Positions 12,579 through 26,200 of a stretch of DNA of 63,798 bases are shown piece after piece. The notes under the pieces were generated by a model. The model had not been told where the DNA came from. It saw only the letters and a list, made by a program, of their open reading frames with translations, and did no database searches. Position numbers and translations under genes: made by a program. This stretch comes from Chiloscyllium plagiosum (Eukaryota). Every line of letters begins with the position of its first letter. The stretch's first letter is position 1. Where the stretch lies: the NCBI RefSeq assembly GCF_004010195.1, contig NC_057719.1, forward strand, positions 86,639,648 to 86,703,445. The letters are read 5' to 3'.

Positions 12579-13636
12579 GACAAAGCAAAGGTCCACGGGT
12601 CAAATCACATTCCAGACATTTTTAAGCAGTAAATCCAGGCTGACCTTTCATTGCATTACCCTTGCCTACCAATAATCTACCATCTCAGCTTTGAAATTTT
12701 CAATTCACTCTTCAACTCATCAGCTTTTTGCAAGAGTGGGAAAGATGATCAAGCATCCCAGATTTTCTGGAGCCATACCCTAATGAGGCTTTTTACTCCT
12801 CGCCTTGGGTGAGAGCATGTTCTGTGTGAGATTTTTGAAGCAGCAGAAATTGGAAAGTTTGTGGTTTGTGTTTAAGGCTGGCCAGCAGGTAGATCTGAAA
12901 GGCAACAGCATAACGGCCCAGGCGACTATGCCCATCACCATACACATCCACTTCACCAACGTGCATGTTTACCAAACCATCCTGCTCTCTCAGGTTCATT
13001 CGGTGACCCCACCTCACCAACACACTCACAAATTTCCAGAGCATTTGTGTGAGGAAGTGCCTCCGAACACCCCTGTAGAATGACCTAACTTTAATTTTAA
13101 GGTTATGCCGTCATATTCTACATTCTCCTACAGGAGGAAAGAGGGAATTCCTGTCTATCCTAAAAAGAAATTCACATAGCTTAAACACTTCAATTAGATC
13201 ACCCCCTTAATGGTGAAGAGTGTTTAAGAAACCAGTCCTTGTAATTTAGCCCTTTTGGCCTAGAATTATTCGAATGAATCTGTGTTACACCAATCTTTTC
13301 AAGCCAACATACGTTTCCTGAGCTTTAATGTCCAAAAACTGAAGAATATTTCAGAGTGGCTCTAATCACTACTTTATGAATTATGCTTGATATAAAGGCC
13401 AACATTGTTCCTGTCCATTAATTATTACTAATACCAAACATGTATTCCTCAACCATTTTGTTTCTCCACACTTCTATTTTTAAAAAATATACTGATCTCT
13501 CTACTTAGCTTCAAAGTTCTCAATATGACTGTGCACATTCACAGACTCATCATCAAAGGGAAAGACATCAAAATGGGAAGCTCTGCTTAGACCAACTCTA
13601 CTAAATCAGGGCGCTTTGTATAAGCCAACTTTAACA

Positions 13637-15207
13637 GCAAGGAGGGGACATGAAAGGTCCTTAGTCGGTAGGATTAGGGAAAACCCTAAGGCTTTCTATA
13701 GGTATGTTAGGAATAAAAGAATGACTAGGGTAGGAATAGGTCCAGTCAAGGATAGTAGTGGGAAGTTGCGTGTGGAGGCGGAAGAGATTGGGGAGACACT
13801 GAATGAATACTTTTCTTCAGTATTTACTCAGGAACAGGGCATTGTCGTCGATGTGAATACTGAGTCACAAATAAGTAGAATGGATGGCTTTGAGGTATGT
13901 AGAGAAGAGGTGTTGGAAATCCTGGAAAAGGTGAAAAAAGATAAGTCCCCTGGGCCTGATGGCATTTATCCTAGGATTCTCTGGGAAGCAAGGGAGGAGA
14001 TTGCAGAGCCACTGGCCTTGATTTTTATGTCCTCTTTGTCTACAGGAGTAGTCCCAGAAGACTGGAGGATAGCAAATGTGGTTCCCTTGTTCAAAAAGGG
14101 GAGTAGGGATAACCCTAGTAACTATAGGCCGGTGAGTCTCACTTCTGTTGTGGGCAAAGTCTTAGAGAGAATTGTAAGGGATAGGATTTATGCACATCTG
14201 GATAAGAATAATGTGATCAAGGATAGTCAGCATGGTTTTGTGAAGGGCAAGTCGTGCCTCACAAACCTTATTGAATTCTTTGAAAAGGTGACGAAGGAGG
14301 TTGATGAGGGGAAAGCGGTAGATGTGGTATAAATGGATNNNNNNNNNNNNNNNNNNNNNNNNNNNNNATGTGGCAGGTTACATCAGGATATAGAGAAGCT
14401 GCAGAGCTGGGCAGAAAGGTGGCAAATGGAGTTCAATGTAGGTAAGTGTGAGGTGATTCACTTTGGTAAGAGTAACAAAAAGATGGGGTATTGGGCTAAT
14501 GGTCGGATACTTGGTAGTGTGGATGAGCAGAGGGATCTTGGTGTCCATGTACACAGATCTCTGAAAGTTGCCACCCAGGTAAATCGTGCGGTGAGGAAGG
14601 CATATGGCGTACTGGCTTTTATTGGTAGAGGAATTGAGTTCCGGAGTCCTGAGGTCATGATGCAGTTGTATAAGACTCTGGTGCGGCCGCATCTGGAATA
14701 TTGTGTGCAGTTTTGGTCGCCATACTATAGGAAGGATGTGGTGGCACTGGAACGGGTGCAGAGGAGGTTTACCAGGATGTTGCCTGGTATGGAAGGAAGA
14801 TCGTATGAGGAAAGACTGAGACACTTGGGGCTGTTTTCATTAGAGAAAATAAGGTTTAGGGGTGACTTGATTGAGGTGTACAAGATGATTAGGGGTTTAG
14901 ATAGGGTCGACAGTGAGAATCTTTTTCCACGTATGGAGTCAGCTATTACGAGGGGGCATAGCTTTAAATTAAGGGGGGGTAGATATAGGACTGAAGTTAG
15001 GGGTAGGTTCTTCACTCAGCGAGTCGTAAGTTCATGGAATGCCCTGCCAGTAGCAGTGGTGGACTCTCCCTCTTTATGGGCATTTAAGCGGGCATTGGAT
15101 AGGTATATGGAGGATAGTGGGTTAGTATAGGTTAGGTGGGCTTGGATCGGCGCAACATCGAGGGCCAAAGGGCCTGTACTGCGCTGTATTCTTCTATCTA
15201 TCTATCT
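13637..15207 (+). mobile_element. Young 5'-truncated CR1 LINE (ORF2 RT and 3' UTR) with an assembly gap
   Basis: Long open frames with KSPGPDGI, VPEDWRIANVVPLFKKG, NYRPVSLTS, QHGF, LVRPHLEYC and TRGH; (CTAT)n tail; Ns at 14339-14367. Confidence 0.95.
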
Positions 15208-15417
15208 AAGTCTGTTTTCTCAGTGCAGAGAAGGGACACACTAAAAAATGTGCCATTCAACCCTCCCCCTATCTCTTTGACTCAGTGCCTTTCTTCAGGC
15301 ACTGAATATGCAATGAGTGCCCCTCTCCCCAATGATCGTGGCAGCTCCACAGTTGGCTGCAGCTTCAGATTCTAAATCTGCCCAGCACCAGCACATGTCA
15401 ATGTTTCAGTGACTTAC

Positions 15418-15486
15418 CGCTAAAACCTCAATGTCATTGCTTTTCTGCTGCAGGTTACTGACAAAGGTTTGAAGTCTTGAGAGAAC
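15418..15486 (-). CDS. EIF2AK4: GCN2 exon
   Basis: VLSRLQTFVSNLQQKSNDIEVLA; CAG acceptor, GTAAG donor, 69 nt. Confidence 0.94.
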
Positions 15487-16911
15487 CTGAAAAGCGAAGA
15501 GCTGCTTTAAGAATGACTTAAGTTGGGTACAGGACATTAACATCATGAAAGAAATGGTGCTTGCTGTCCTGTCCTCTCAAAACCATTCACTGTTGTGTAG
15601 TCATCAGTTTTTACTCTTGTAGGTTTTGTTAATCTACATGTTTAGTAGACAGTGATGAATATCTAACTACATAGTTGTGCTCACCTGCAAAGGTTATGCT
15701 ATTTTGGAACTTACATGAGTATGAAGTGAGCTGCGCAGCAAGAGCTTTTCTGTTGAAGGGAAACAGCCGATGGAAAAGGGAGGAGTTTAGATTGCTAGCA
15801 CTTAAATTAGAATGGAAATAACAATAGCATTGTACAATTGTTAAAAGATCACCCAGTAAAATTTTCCACAGGATTTGAAAACAATCATTAATAGAAAGTT
15901 GGACTTGTTGAGAAGGCCAGAATTTATTGCCTATTCCTAACAGTGCTGGTAAGTTGCCTTATTGAACAGCTGCGGTACATTTGGTGTAGGGGTACCCAAG
16001 CTATTCCCACATATTTCCTGCCCTTGTCTTTTGAATTGATGGATTTGGAAAGTGTTGTAAAAAGAACCTTGGTGAGATGCTGCAGTGCATATTGCTGTGT
16101 AAGTGGTATGGGGTAGTGGATGGTTAAGCTTGTGGATGGGTGCTAAACAAGCACACTGCTTTAATACAAGCTAAATACTACAAATGCTGGAAACCTGGAA
16201 TAAAAGAAGAAAATGCTGAAGAATCTCAGAAGTTCTGAGTGGTGCCTTCTAGATGGTAGGCAGGCTTTGGTGAGTCAGGGAACGATTGACTATGAATCCT
16301 GTGGAAAGTCAATGACTTGCTCTATGGTTTTGGACAATAGTAATCCCTCGTGTGCACAAGGTAGGAGGTTCAGCAATGATAATGTCATCAACTGTCATGG
16401 AGAAATGGTGAGGCATGCTCCTCCTGGATGTACTTTTGTAGCCACCTGTCAGCGCAAGACTGGATGTTGTTCAGGTCTTGCTGCATGGGCACACAGAAGC
16501 TTCAGTATCTGAGCAGTCAAGAATCACATTGAAGGTTGGTGCGACTTGAATCCTTAGTTTCTCATTTAATGCATTATGTTGGCTAATCTCTCAAAAAAAG
16601 AGGTAGTTCTCCCTTTTCACACATATATCACCTATGAAGAAGCATTCTAATAGAGCTCTGAATATAACATGTCTTCCTGAGGAGTTTTGTTGGAGCATGA
16701 CTTAAGAATAATCGGTGCTGCCATGTGCATTGGAAGGGAAGAGAGTGTGAAAGCATCACAGGAGGAGCCAGTAAAATTATCCCTCGAGAGATCTGGGCAT
16801 GAGGTCTATTTTCAGCTTAGGTCAATGGCAGAGTATGAGAAAATGGGAATGAAGCATTAAATAAAATAAAGCACCAATAACACAAATCAAAGAAATTACC
16901 AACAAAACCAA

Positions 16912-17077
16912 CAGGTTTAATCGGAAGCACTAGCTTTCAGAGCACTGGCAACCATTTGATGAAAGAGCAGCACTCCGAAAGCGAGTGCTTCTTATTAAAC
17001 CTGTTGTACAAGAACCTGGTGTTGTGTGATTTTTAACTTTGTACACCCCAGTCCAACACTGGCATCTCCAAATCATG
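16912..17077. mobile_element. Penelope-type (family B) palindromic insertion
   Basis: Inverted arms around a decayed hammerhead-like core; TSD ACCAA(C/T)AAAACCAA at 16898-16911 and 17078-17091. Confidence 0.75.
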
Positions 17078-17286
17078 ACCAATAAAACCAATATCCAACA
17101 CATTTCAGTTAGAATCTATTATCACTGGCAGCTGATAGAGGGTTCAATTTTTCAAATCTACAATGATCTGATCTGACAGTGCAGTGTTATCTGGCAATGA
17201 GGTATTTTCTTTCCAATCTCAGCTACAGTTTGGTTTAGGTTCTGTCTAAAGTGTAGAAGCACCTAGAGAGGAGATCCACTTCTTAC

Positions 17287-17384
17287 CTTTTCCTCATACC
17301 GCCGTTTCATGCTTGCTGACAGTTTCTCAGGTGAAATTAAATTAAAATTTGGCACTAACGAGCTTCCATGTGATTCAAAAGGTC
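17287..17384 (-). CDS. EIF2AK4: GCN2 exon
   Basis: (G)PFESHGSSLVPNFNLISPEKLSASMKRRYEEK; CAG acceptor, GTAAG donor, 98 nt. Confidence 0.94.
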
Positions 17385-18757
17385 CTGTGGGTGAGGGCAA
17401 AATGGCAAAGAGACACTTTTGACATACCTGGTGAAGTAGACAAACATTACTTTTAAGAACAGAATGTTATAATTATTTAATATACTGCTCAAACCATTGA
17501 CAGGAGATGAGAGCACACAGATATTTCAATCCCTATCTTAAAATTATCCGGCCTTGCAATATGCCTTATAGTCAAATCACCTCATCCTGACATCCTATGC
17601 CTCCAATAGGAGTTTTCTTCAGAACCCTAAATTGGACAGCATTTGCTAAATAATCCAGCATGCCAATAATAATACTGACAATTAATTTAAGATCATCAGT
17701 CAGGTTCACATGTGGCTTGTACCTGCCAAAAACTACATATATTAATACGTGGTCCTGTTCTTTAGAGATGGAAATAACATATACATGTTGCTAATTTCAA
17801 CATTGTCAAAAAGCTTCAATAAAACTTGGCCTTTTTCAGCAGTACTCACGTTCTGTACTATTTCAAGATATTCTTAAGCTAAATTAAAGATTACTGAGGT
17901 TAACTAATCTATTGTGTGAGTCAGAATCTTACTGTGTCTATTGTAAGATTCAATGTCAAGAACAGCTCACAATTTCTAAAACAGAGTGAACACATTTAAA
18001 GCTGGAAATGCTCAGCAGGTCCGACAGCCATGGAGAGAGAACTAGCATCATTAACAATACATGTCAATAACCTTCCTATTAGAAACATGGAAGCACTGAG
18101 GACATGGAGTGTATTATGAGTGCACACCCATCACCAAGAGTGGCACAGTAGCAACACAACTAACAAGCACAAGAGTCAGCAAACAGTAAGAGATCTGCGA
18201 AGCAAATGAAACACCACTGAAAATGAGAATGACAGAGCTGCTGGAACCTCAAGAATGCACATGCTGCACAATGTGGGAACTTCATCACCCATGTCCTGGA
18301 TGATCATTTGTGCAGCAGGTATCATCGGGTGCAGCAGCTTGAGCTCTGCAATTAGGAACTGAGTAATGGCATCAATGCATTGCATCGACAAAGCTGAGAG
18401 CTACATCAATGGATCATTTAAGAGGACGCAGGGAAGAAAGGGAAATAAAGTAACCAACACATAGTCACTGAAGACCAGACAGGTAGAATAGGTACCCTCC
18501 TCAGTGCATCAGGCTCACCGCCCAGTATTCAGTTCTGAATATCAATCAGAATGATGGCTCACGTGAGAAGTGTACCCAGAGTCAAGACTATGGCACCATG
18601 AGTCAGCTGCATAGGGGACTCATGGAAGACTGGAAGAGCAATATTGACAGGAATTTGACAGGTTATGGAACAGGTAGATTTGTCTGTGGCCATGGTACAA
18701 ATCTACAATCGCATGTTGTTTTCCTGGTGCCAGGATAATGCATGTCCGTGGGCACCA

Positions 18758-18845
18758 GTGTGTGTTTGCATGTATGGTGGTGGGTATGTGTGTCTATGGG
18801 CATGTGTGTATGTGTGTGTGTGGGCATGTGCACACGTGTATATAT
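18758..18845. repeat. Imperfect (TG)n microsatellite
   Basis: TG/TA-rich tract. Confidence 0.7.
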
Positions 18846-19497
18846 AAGCCAGCCAGCAGGTGGTGCTTCAAAGTAAATGGTGGCCTTGGCAATAATGTTC
18901 TTTAAGAACAAATGAATCAGATTTACAAAAAGAACTAAAGGAATTTCTTTCTTTCTTTAAAAATAAAAAAAATTATCTTGGTTTGTGAGACTGCATCAGT
19001 GGTAAAGCCACAGGTAACCCAGGGCATGTCTCCATTATCAAAGTAGCTCCAGAGTTGAAGGGCAGCTTTTGCTAAAAAAAACATTTCTGCTGCAAGATAA
19101 AAATTCAATTGTTCTAAGGAATGTCACAGTAACAAACTGAACTCAAACAGTGCCAGTCAAAGCCTTAATATTATTTCAATTAGGATTTTTTTAAAATCTT
19201 CAGCATGCTCTGAAGAGGTGGAATGTTGTAGTTACCACCAATGCTAACTGCCCTGTCTGCATTGTAAAGTCGCCAACCCTATTTATTACTCGTTTCCCAA
19301 ATCGACTCAAAACACTGGAAAAAATTATACAGATCTCAGGATGTGAAATGGAATTGGACTCATAAATGGTAAACCAGTGAATTCTCATGGTTGGAATCAA
19401 TCACCCATATTATTCAACACACTTGTCCCACTTCACAGTGACAGACTAAGACAATGGTAAATGTTGAAACCATGCTTGGTCACGGAGCTAACAGTAC

Positions 19498-19556
19498 CTG
19501 CAGAATTGCTGAGTGATCCCTTCAGGTTCTGAGAGGAGGGGCTCTCTGGAGATTCC
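19498..19556 (-). CDS. EIF2AK4: GCN2 exon
   Basis: (R)ESPESPSSQNLKGSLSNSA-G; CAG acceptor, GTACT donor; phases 2 and 1 fit both neighbours. Confidence 0.9.
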
Positions 19557-20530
19557 CTGTTTAAAAGAAAACACAAGGAAGATGGTCAACAGAACCCAAC
19601 CTGGGAAACCACAAGCCTGGTAAGGATAGGAGTAGTCAGGTCAAGAAATGATCAGTTATCATAAGTCGATTTCATTCATTTTCGCTTTTTTTACATGACC
19701 ATTCAAAACTTCTCATTTGAATAACTTGCGCCTGATGTGACCATTCAGCTGCAGAGAGGAGGCCATAGAGCTCAAGGGTTCAAGTATATTATAACCAGCA
19801 GTGAGACAAAGAGGCCCATGAATTACGTAGGACAGTATATTCTTGCTTCTGTGCTCTATGAAAGGCAATGATCTCTTCCCTCATGTAACTGGTGGTGAAT
19901 CACACACGTTAAGAGGATTCTACTTTTAATAGTATTTTCAAACCAAGACACAATGAGACAATAAAGGATTGCAGTTTGAAGAAATCACAATTGAATAAGT
20001 AAAACATTACAGGAGTCCCTTTAGTTTGTTGTGTCTGTTCTGCAAGAGAAACAGTCAGTCCCATTCTCTCCTTGACCCTACAATTACCTCTCTTCAGATG
20101 CTTAATCAATTTTCTTTTGAAAGCCAACATTGAAACTGTCTCCATAAACTTCCAGGCAGTACCTTCCAGATCCTAACCTCATGTACATCTGTATCCTCTA
20201 GCCCTCAAATTCTCTATCAAATGGAATGGTTTTTCTCTGTCCAGGAACTTCAAAGTCTTGAAAGTCTCTATCAAATCTCAAACATCCCCATCTTCTCAAT
20301 TTATCCACACACCTGAAGTGCCTCATTCTTGGAAGCATTCTTATCAGTCTTTTCTGAACCCGCTCTGATGTCTTCACATCCTCCCTGAGGTGTCATGCCA
20401 GAAATAGACACAATGCTACAACTGAGGTAAAAAAATCAAAGTTTTATAACTGCTCAAAATTATTCAGAAAGTCCACAATCCCATATACTTTATTAATTGT
20501 CTCAACCTGCCCTACCTCCTCCAATGTTTT

Positions 20531-20893
20531 AGAACATAGAACAGTACAGCACAGCACAGAACAGGCCCTTCAGCCCACGATGTTGTGCCGACCACTGATC
20601 CTCATGTATGCACCCTCAAATTTCCGTGACCATATGCATGTCTCTTAAATGTCTCCAATGACCTTGCTTCCACAACTGCTGCTGGCAACGCATTCCATGC
20701 TCTCACAACTCTCTGTGTAAAGAACCCACCTCTGACATCCCCACTATACTTTCCTCCAACCAGCTTGAAACTATGACCCCTTGTGTTAGTCATTTCTGCC
20801 CTGGGAAATAGTCTCTGGCTATCGACTCTATCTATGCCTCTCATTATCTTGTATACCTCAATTAGGTCCCCTCTCCTCCTCCTTTTCTCCAAT
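20531..20893 (-). mobile_element. CR1 LINE 3' end
   Basis: EKRRRRGDLIEVYKIMRGIDRVDSQRLFP...TRGHSFK...FFTQRVV on -. Confidence 0.9.
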
Positions 20894-21437
20894 GTTTTCT
20901 GTATACATATCCCCAGGTCTCCAACAATTCCACTGCATGTCCGCCATCATTCTCACAGTTCACAATATTTCCAAGTCAATGTGAACCATAATCCTAAACT
21001 CGGATCCCAACGTTCCACAAAATACAATACTACCGAAACATTCACTAACCCTACACATCACAGTTAAATCCAAAAGTCATCAAGGGCCCTTCACTGAATC
21101 AGTAGAAGACAGACAGGAATTCTGATGATGTTGACTGCAATTAGCTCAGAATTAAGAGTCCATTGCGGAAAATCCACAATCTCCTTTATCAATTAAAAAA
21201 AAAATAGTAAGATTTGTTTCTGCTCTTTCCTCTTGCATTTTCAATATGAATCCAAATTCTTTGGTTCAGATTCACAAGTCTCCTGTACTTCAGAACCCAC
21301 TACCTGATCTGAGCTGAACTTCTCTATGCTGGTGAACACAGCCTTGGCCTCCAGTCTCCCCTTACTCTACTAGCTAGTTCATACAAGACACCAATCATCA
21401 CAATCGTTGACCCTCTGGTCTACAGTAAAACTCTCAC

Positions 21438-21547
21438 CTGTTGCTCTTTTCGTCTGAGATTTTAGATTTGATTTTCTTTAAGTGCTCCACTACCTCTGCT
21501 TCCAGAATTCGTTTTTCAGTCTGTTTGTCCTTTTCAAACGATCGCAC
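21438..21547 (-). CDS. EIF2AK4: GCN2 exon
   Basis: VRSFEKDKQTEKRILEAEVVEHLKKIKSKISDEKSN-R; CAG acceptor, GTGAG donor. Confidence 0.95.
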
Positions 21548-21655
21548 CTGAACACAACAAAGGAAAAATCATCACAACATGACAAATGCCCAACTTCCTC
21601 GGCACAGTCATGAATTCAGAATTGCTGTCTTAGCACAGCCATGCAGCCGGGAATT

Positions 21656-22123
21656 AGAGTCATAGAGGTGTACAGCACAGAAACAGAACCTTTGGTCCAA
21701 CTTGTCCATGCCAACCAGATATCCTAAATTAATCTAGTCCCACTTGCCAGCATTTGGCCCATATCCCTCCAAACCCGTCCTATTCATATACCCATCCAGA
21801 TGACTTTTCAATGTTGTAATTGTACCAGCCTCCACCACCACCTCTGGCAGCTCATTCCATACACGCATCACCCTCTGCATGAAAAAGTTGTCCCTTAGGT
21901 CCCTTTTAAATCTTTCCCCTCTCATCTTAAACCTAGTTTTGGACTCCCTTACCTTAGGAAAAAGACATTCATCTTCCAATGCCCCTTATGATTTTATAAA
22001 TCTCTATAAGGTCACCCTCAGCCTCCGATTTTCCAGGAAAAGTAGCCCCAGTCTATTCAGCCTCTCCCTATAGCTCCAAACGCAGCAAACATCCCTGTAT
22101 ATCTGTTCTGAACCCTTTCAAGT
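21656..22123 (-). mobile_element. CR1 (HER1-like) LINE 3' end
   Basis: FKRDLRDNFFMQRVMRVWNELPEVVVEAGTITT on -; same family as 9277-9738. Confidence 0.88.
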
Positions 22124-22164
22124 GTAATCTTGCCGAAATACTGGGGGTTATAATCAACTAGGTT

Positions 22165-22258
22165 TCCTGATGAAGAGCTCATGCTCGAAACGTCGACTCG
22201 CCTGTTCCTCGGATACTGCCTGACCAGCTGTGCTTTTCCAGCACCACACTTTGACTCT
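22165..22258 (+). mobile_element. Penelope-type (family A) arm with hammerhead motif
   Basis: CTGATGA-A-GAGC-TCAT-GCTC-GAAA-C-GTC at 22167-22194, followed by ...tgctgcctgacc.gctgtgcttttccagcaccacact-type sequence. Confidence 0.75.
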
Positions 22259-24235
22259 AAATATTGGGGATGCAGAGTTGGCTATTTCTCTTAAAGGGAG
22301 AGAGTTCCCAGTTTCCATGAGTTCAGACAGGATCTCTCATAACTCCTCCAACCATACTTTGCCTGCTCCCTACAAGATCACATACAGAGTACCTTCTCCT
22401 TCTCTATCATCACTTTTCCCAATCACACATAGGGTCTTACCAGCGATCTCAAAAACCACATTAACTTCACACAAGGTATCCAACCAATTCCTCATGCCCA
22501 ACCATAAGCAAGCTCTAAGTTTTCCTTCCTATCCTTTCATCACCAGGTTTGCCTTTCCCAGATCAGATCTGCACCCCGATGTCTCCCCAGCAATAGAGTC
22601 TCCTCCCTCATACTGCAAGGTTCCCAAACTCGTGCCTGAAAGTGTAAAACATTATAATTCAATTAAGAACCTATAAACCTTGCACTGTCATTTCATATCT
22701 GAGAAATAAGAACAGGTAAAAAATGGTGGATATAGGAAGGCTACAGCAAAAGGAACACAGAACAACTATCACAGGAGCAACATCTGTTTCTATAACCTTG
22801 CAGAATTTACTAGATTAGATTCCCTACAGTGTGGAAACAGGCCCTTCAGCCCAACCAGATTTATTACTCAATTTTTATATCATTTAATCAAATCAGAATA
22901 CTGTAACTCTGATAAGACAACAGCAGCAAAACACTCCTAATAAATATACTTTACTGCCTAGAGGGAGATTTTTCTGACCATTGAACTAACATCTGTGAAA
23001 ACCTTGAGATGCTCTATTACCACCTTTCAAGATACACTCAACAAAAATGCAGCCAGTGCTACAAATCAATTTATTATCTCAAAGGATTCTGTTGGGTATT
23101 GACAAAATCAGCAATGAAGGGATAGTTGGTGGCACACATTCCCTGTCTGGCCATCTTGTAACACTATCTGTACTGCTGTTACAGAAATGTCATCTGCGTT
23201 CTTAAAACCATGAGGCAGGGTCACAGCCAATACAGACTGTAAAAGCTGTGGTGAAATTATTTTCAATTACCTGACCAGAATGGGGCCAGAGTGAAAAGGG
23301 AAACATTTACGTAGAAAATTCAGTTTCATCTTTCTGTATGCTTTATCTTTGCTTGTTCCATTCTTTTGCCTTTCCCTCTATATTAACACAGGGGTCTGAC
23401 AAAGGAGATCAAACCTGACAGGGAGGAGTCTTGAAGTTCACTGATTGCAGCAACTGACAAAATATTGTAGATGCAAGTTATAAGCAGCTTGGGTGATGAA
23501 CAACCACTTCACAGTGGGGCAATTAGTTCACATGAGCAGTCAGCAGAGACTGGGAGAGATAATGTACAAAGCTTTAAGGTTTACAAAGTAAATGGAAGAA
23601 AAGGAGTCAGCAAACACCCTATAATGAAGGGAATAAAGACAGTGACACTCATCATCACAGAATTGACCAGCCCTAGTGTCTGGGACTCCATCGGAAAACC
23701 TCAGCTAGGATCATCATTCATGGGTAATATTTAAACTAGCTTGTGAGTCCTATCCTTTACTTTGCTTCATTTGTATTAGTTGATAAAGTTCTGTTTGTTG
23801 ATCAGTTGGATTCAGAATAAATGAACTGATTGATCTGAGTGATCTTTATAAGTATTGAGGTTACCATTCTGCCCCTTCACTTCCCTCATGAAGTCATGAA
23901 CTCATGCAGACAACTGTCCAAGTGCAAATATCAGAGCGATTGATTAAATACAATCTTAAAAATGCTGGGTTGACAGGGGCATGCTAAAACTTATGGATAA
24001 TTTCCAATCTGCAACATGATTGACTGCATGACAATTAAACTCCAGATGACCCATGTAAACATTTCGGTAATATAGTACCAGTTAGATTTTGCGGCCTTCT
24101 AAAGGGTGCAGTTCCAACACAGTATTCACTGATTCAGTAGTGTATATGATCATCAATATGGACGTAATGCTTTTAAGTAAAGTGCACTGGGGATTTTAAT
24201 ACTCAGATAAATCTTATAAGTTAAAAGTGTATTAC

Positions 24236-24316
24236 CTTCACGTGTTTACTCTCCTTATCAGAGATAAGGATGGAGTGACTGATTCCAACCTGTTTGCAAT
24301 GCTCCTGAGCTTCTTC
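24236..24316 (-). CDS. EIF2AK4: GCN2 exon (anticodon-binding-like region); acceptor ambiguous
   Basis: EEAQEHCKQVGISHSILISDKESKHVK; GTAAT donor; best acceptor ttttctatctcAG, with in-frame alternatives giving exon edges at 24337 and 24343. Confidence 0.85.
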
Positions 24317-24411
24317 CTGAGATAGAAAATGCCAGCACTGTAACTACATTCACTTAAAATCAGAAACATAGCTTTAATTCATACTGAGCACAGAATGTAG
24401 TCAGTTAACAT

Positions 24412-25036
24412 TGTTATGGACCGGACCAAACCCCCTCAAAATATATTAAGGTAGCCCAGACCCTAACTTTTAAAGGTAAGTGTAAGGCATTGCATTCCAG
24501 ATGCAATTCGATCAGTCAAACTACTTTAAGCAAACACACTATTTTTACACTACAATTAAAATACACTCAAAACAAAAATAAAATAGAAGAATTTTCTTAA
24601 CTGTAACTTTATTGAAATGCTTTATAGAATTATATATATGTACACACCAACTACTACTAATTAACTGTTCCAATATAGTAACAGCCCATAAACACACCCT
24701 TGGCAAAGGCAAATTCAGTAAAATATCTTGTCTCACATGCAATTCTAAGAGAACCCCAGCTTTTAGCTGTAACAGAGAGAGAAAGAGCTTCCACATCCAG
24801 CTTATGAACCCAGCAACGGCTGATAGCTAAAACTAAAAATTCTGGTTCTTTGGGAGCGTGACTCCATCCATTCAGGTTGCTTCTATTATTCCAACTTTAA
24901 CAAAAAAAAAACCCCAAGGCCTCACAAGCTGTTTATTTTATTCGCTTTGAGCAGATTACTCATTACCTCAGTCTCAACCTTTCTTCATAAAAGAAACAGG
25001 ACAAAATACACCTCTTAAAGCCACAGTATCATCACA
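24412..25036. mobile_element. Probable solo LTR (about 625 bp)
   Basis: TGTTATG...CATCACA inverted termini (TG...CA); flanks ACAT and ATAT match 3 of 4. Confidence 0.6.
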
Positions 25037-25861
25037 ATATAACAAACAAAGATTGATTTAGTGTGAGAATAAACCATGAGGCAGGATATACCGTACACAA
25101 ATTCAATTCCTTGTCATGCCAAGTTAACTTGTCTCAGCTAGGGTTATCAAGAGTGGAGCTAGTGAAGACATCCACCCCTCTTCTTACCCTTTTGCTGTCA
25201 GATGACCACTACCACACAGTTCATGTGACCCAGCTTAGTTGAGACACTCCTTTTTATTCCAATAATTTACACATGAAGAATGACCAAGGCTCCCATGGGC
25301 TATCAGTGGGAGACCAGATCTAAGGCCAAGTCCTCCCAACAGTCCTTTTAATAATGTAGAGCCTATTCTTATCGAAATGAATTACATATTGTTTACTCTA
25401 GACGATGCTTCTCATTGCACCAGACAACGGCTATCCTTGCAACACAAGACCACATAAGCCCTTAAAGACTGGATGTAGAATATGGTCTGAAAGGGTTAAT
25501 ACTTGATTGAGCCCACTAAGCACCACCCACACTGATGATGTCATGAGGAACTGGTGGGATAGTAAGATGGAATCTTGTGGGAAATGGACCCAAGGTTCAT
25601 TCCTGCCAACAGCCTGATCTTACAACCCGTAAGGGCCAGACACTAGATAGCCTCAGCCCGGAGAAAAACTACACATATAGAAGATATAAATTGCAGTACA
25701 CACAACACAGACAAGCTGAGAAATCATGGTGTTAAACACCAAAGTACATCTGCCTCTTCCATTCCCCTAAATCAAGGTGCTTGGAGGTCAATTTCCATCA
25801 ATGGACCTCTAGTCCCTTAAATTATGCATCCCTTGCATCCCAAAACTACTACATGCATTAC

Positions 25862-25990
25862 CTGGGTGACATTGTGCAGCAACTCAGCTTTTATCCCAGA
25901 TTTCCACAATTGCAGGATGAGGACAATAGCCCTGTCCAGTGACACGCTCCCGACAGCAACCACCAGGATCTCACAATGACAGGTAACAGG
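25862..25990 (-). CDS. EIF2AK4: GCN2 exon
   Basis: PVTCHCEILVVAVGSVSLDRAIVLILQLWKSGIKAELLHNVTQ; TAG acceptor, GTAAT donor, 129 nt. Confidence 0.93.
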
Positions 25991-26200
25991 CTACAATGGA
26001 AGACAGTTGGTTGGAGAGTTATGAACCTGCAGTTCACAAATAGCTTACTGTTACAAGCTGAAGAAGCAACAAAGTATTTACACTGGAATCCATCGCTCAG
26101 CATGGTCCCAATCCTCACTCTGTTGCTCAACACTTCTTGTTTTTGGCTGATATATTTCACTTGAAACCAGCAATGATATAAAACTCTTAGGATAACTCAC

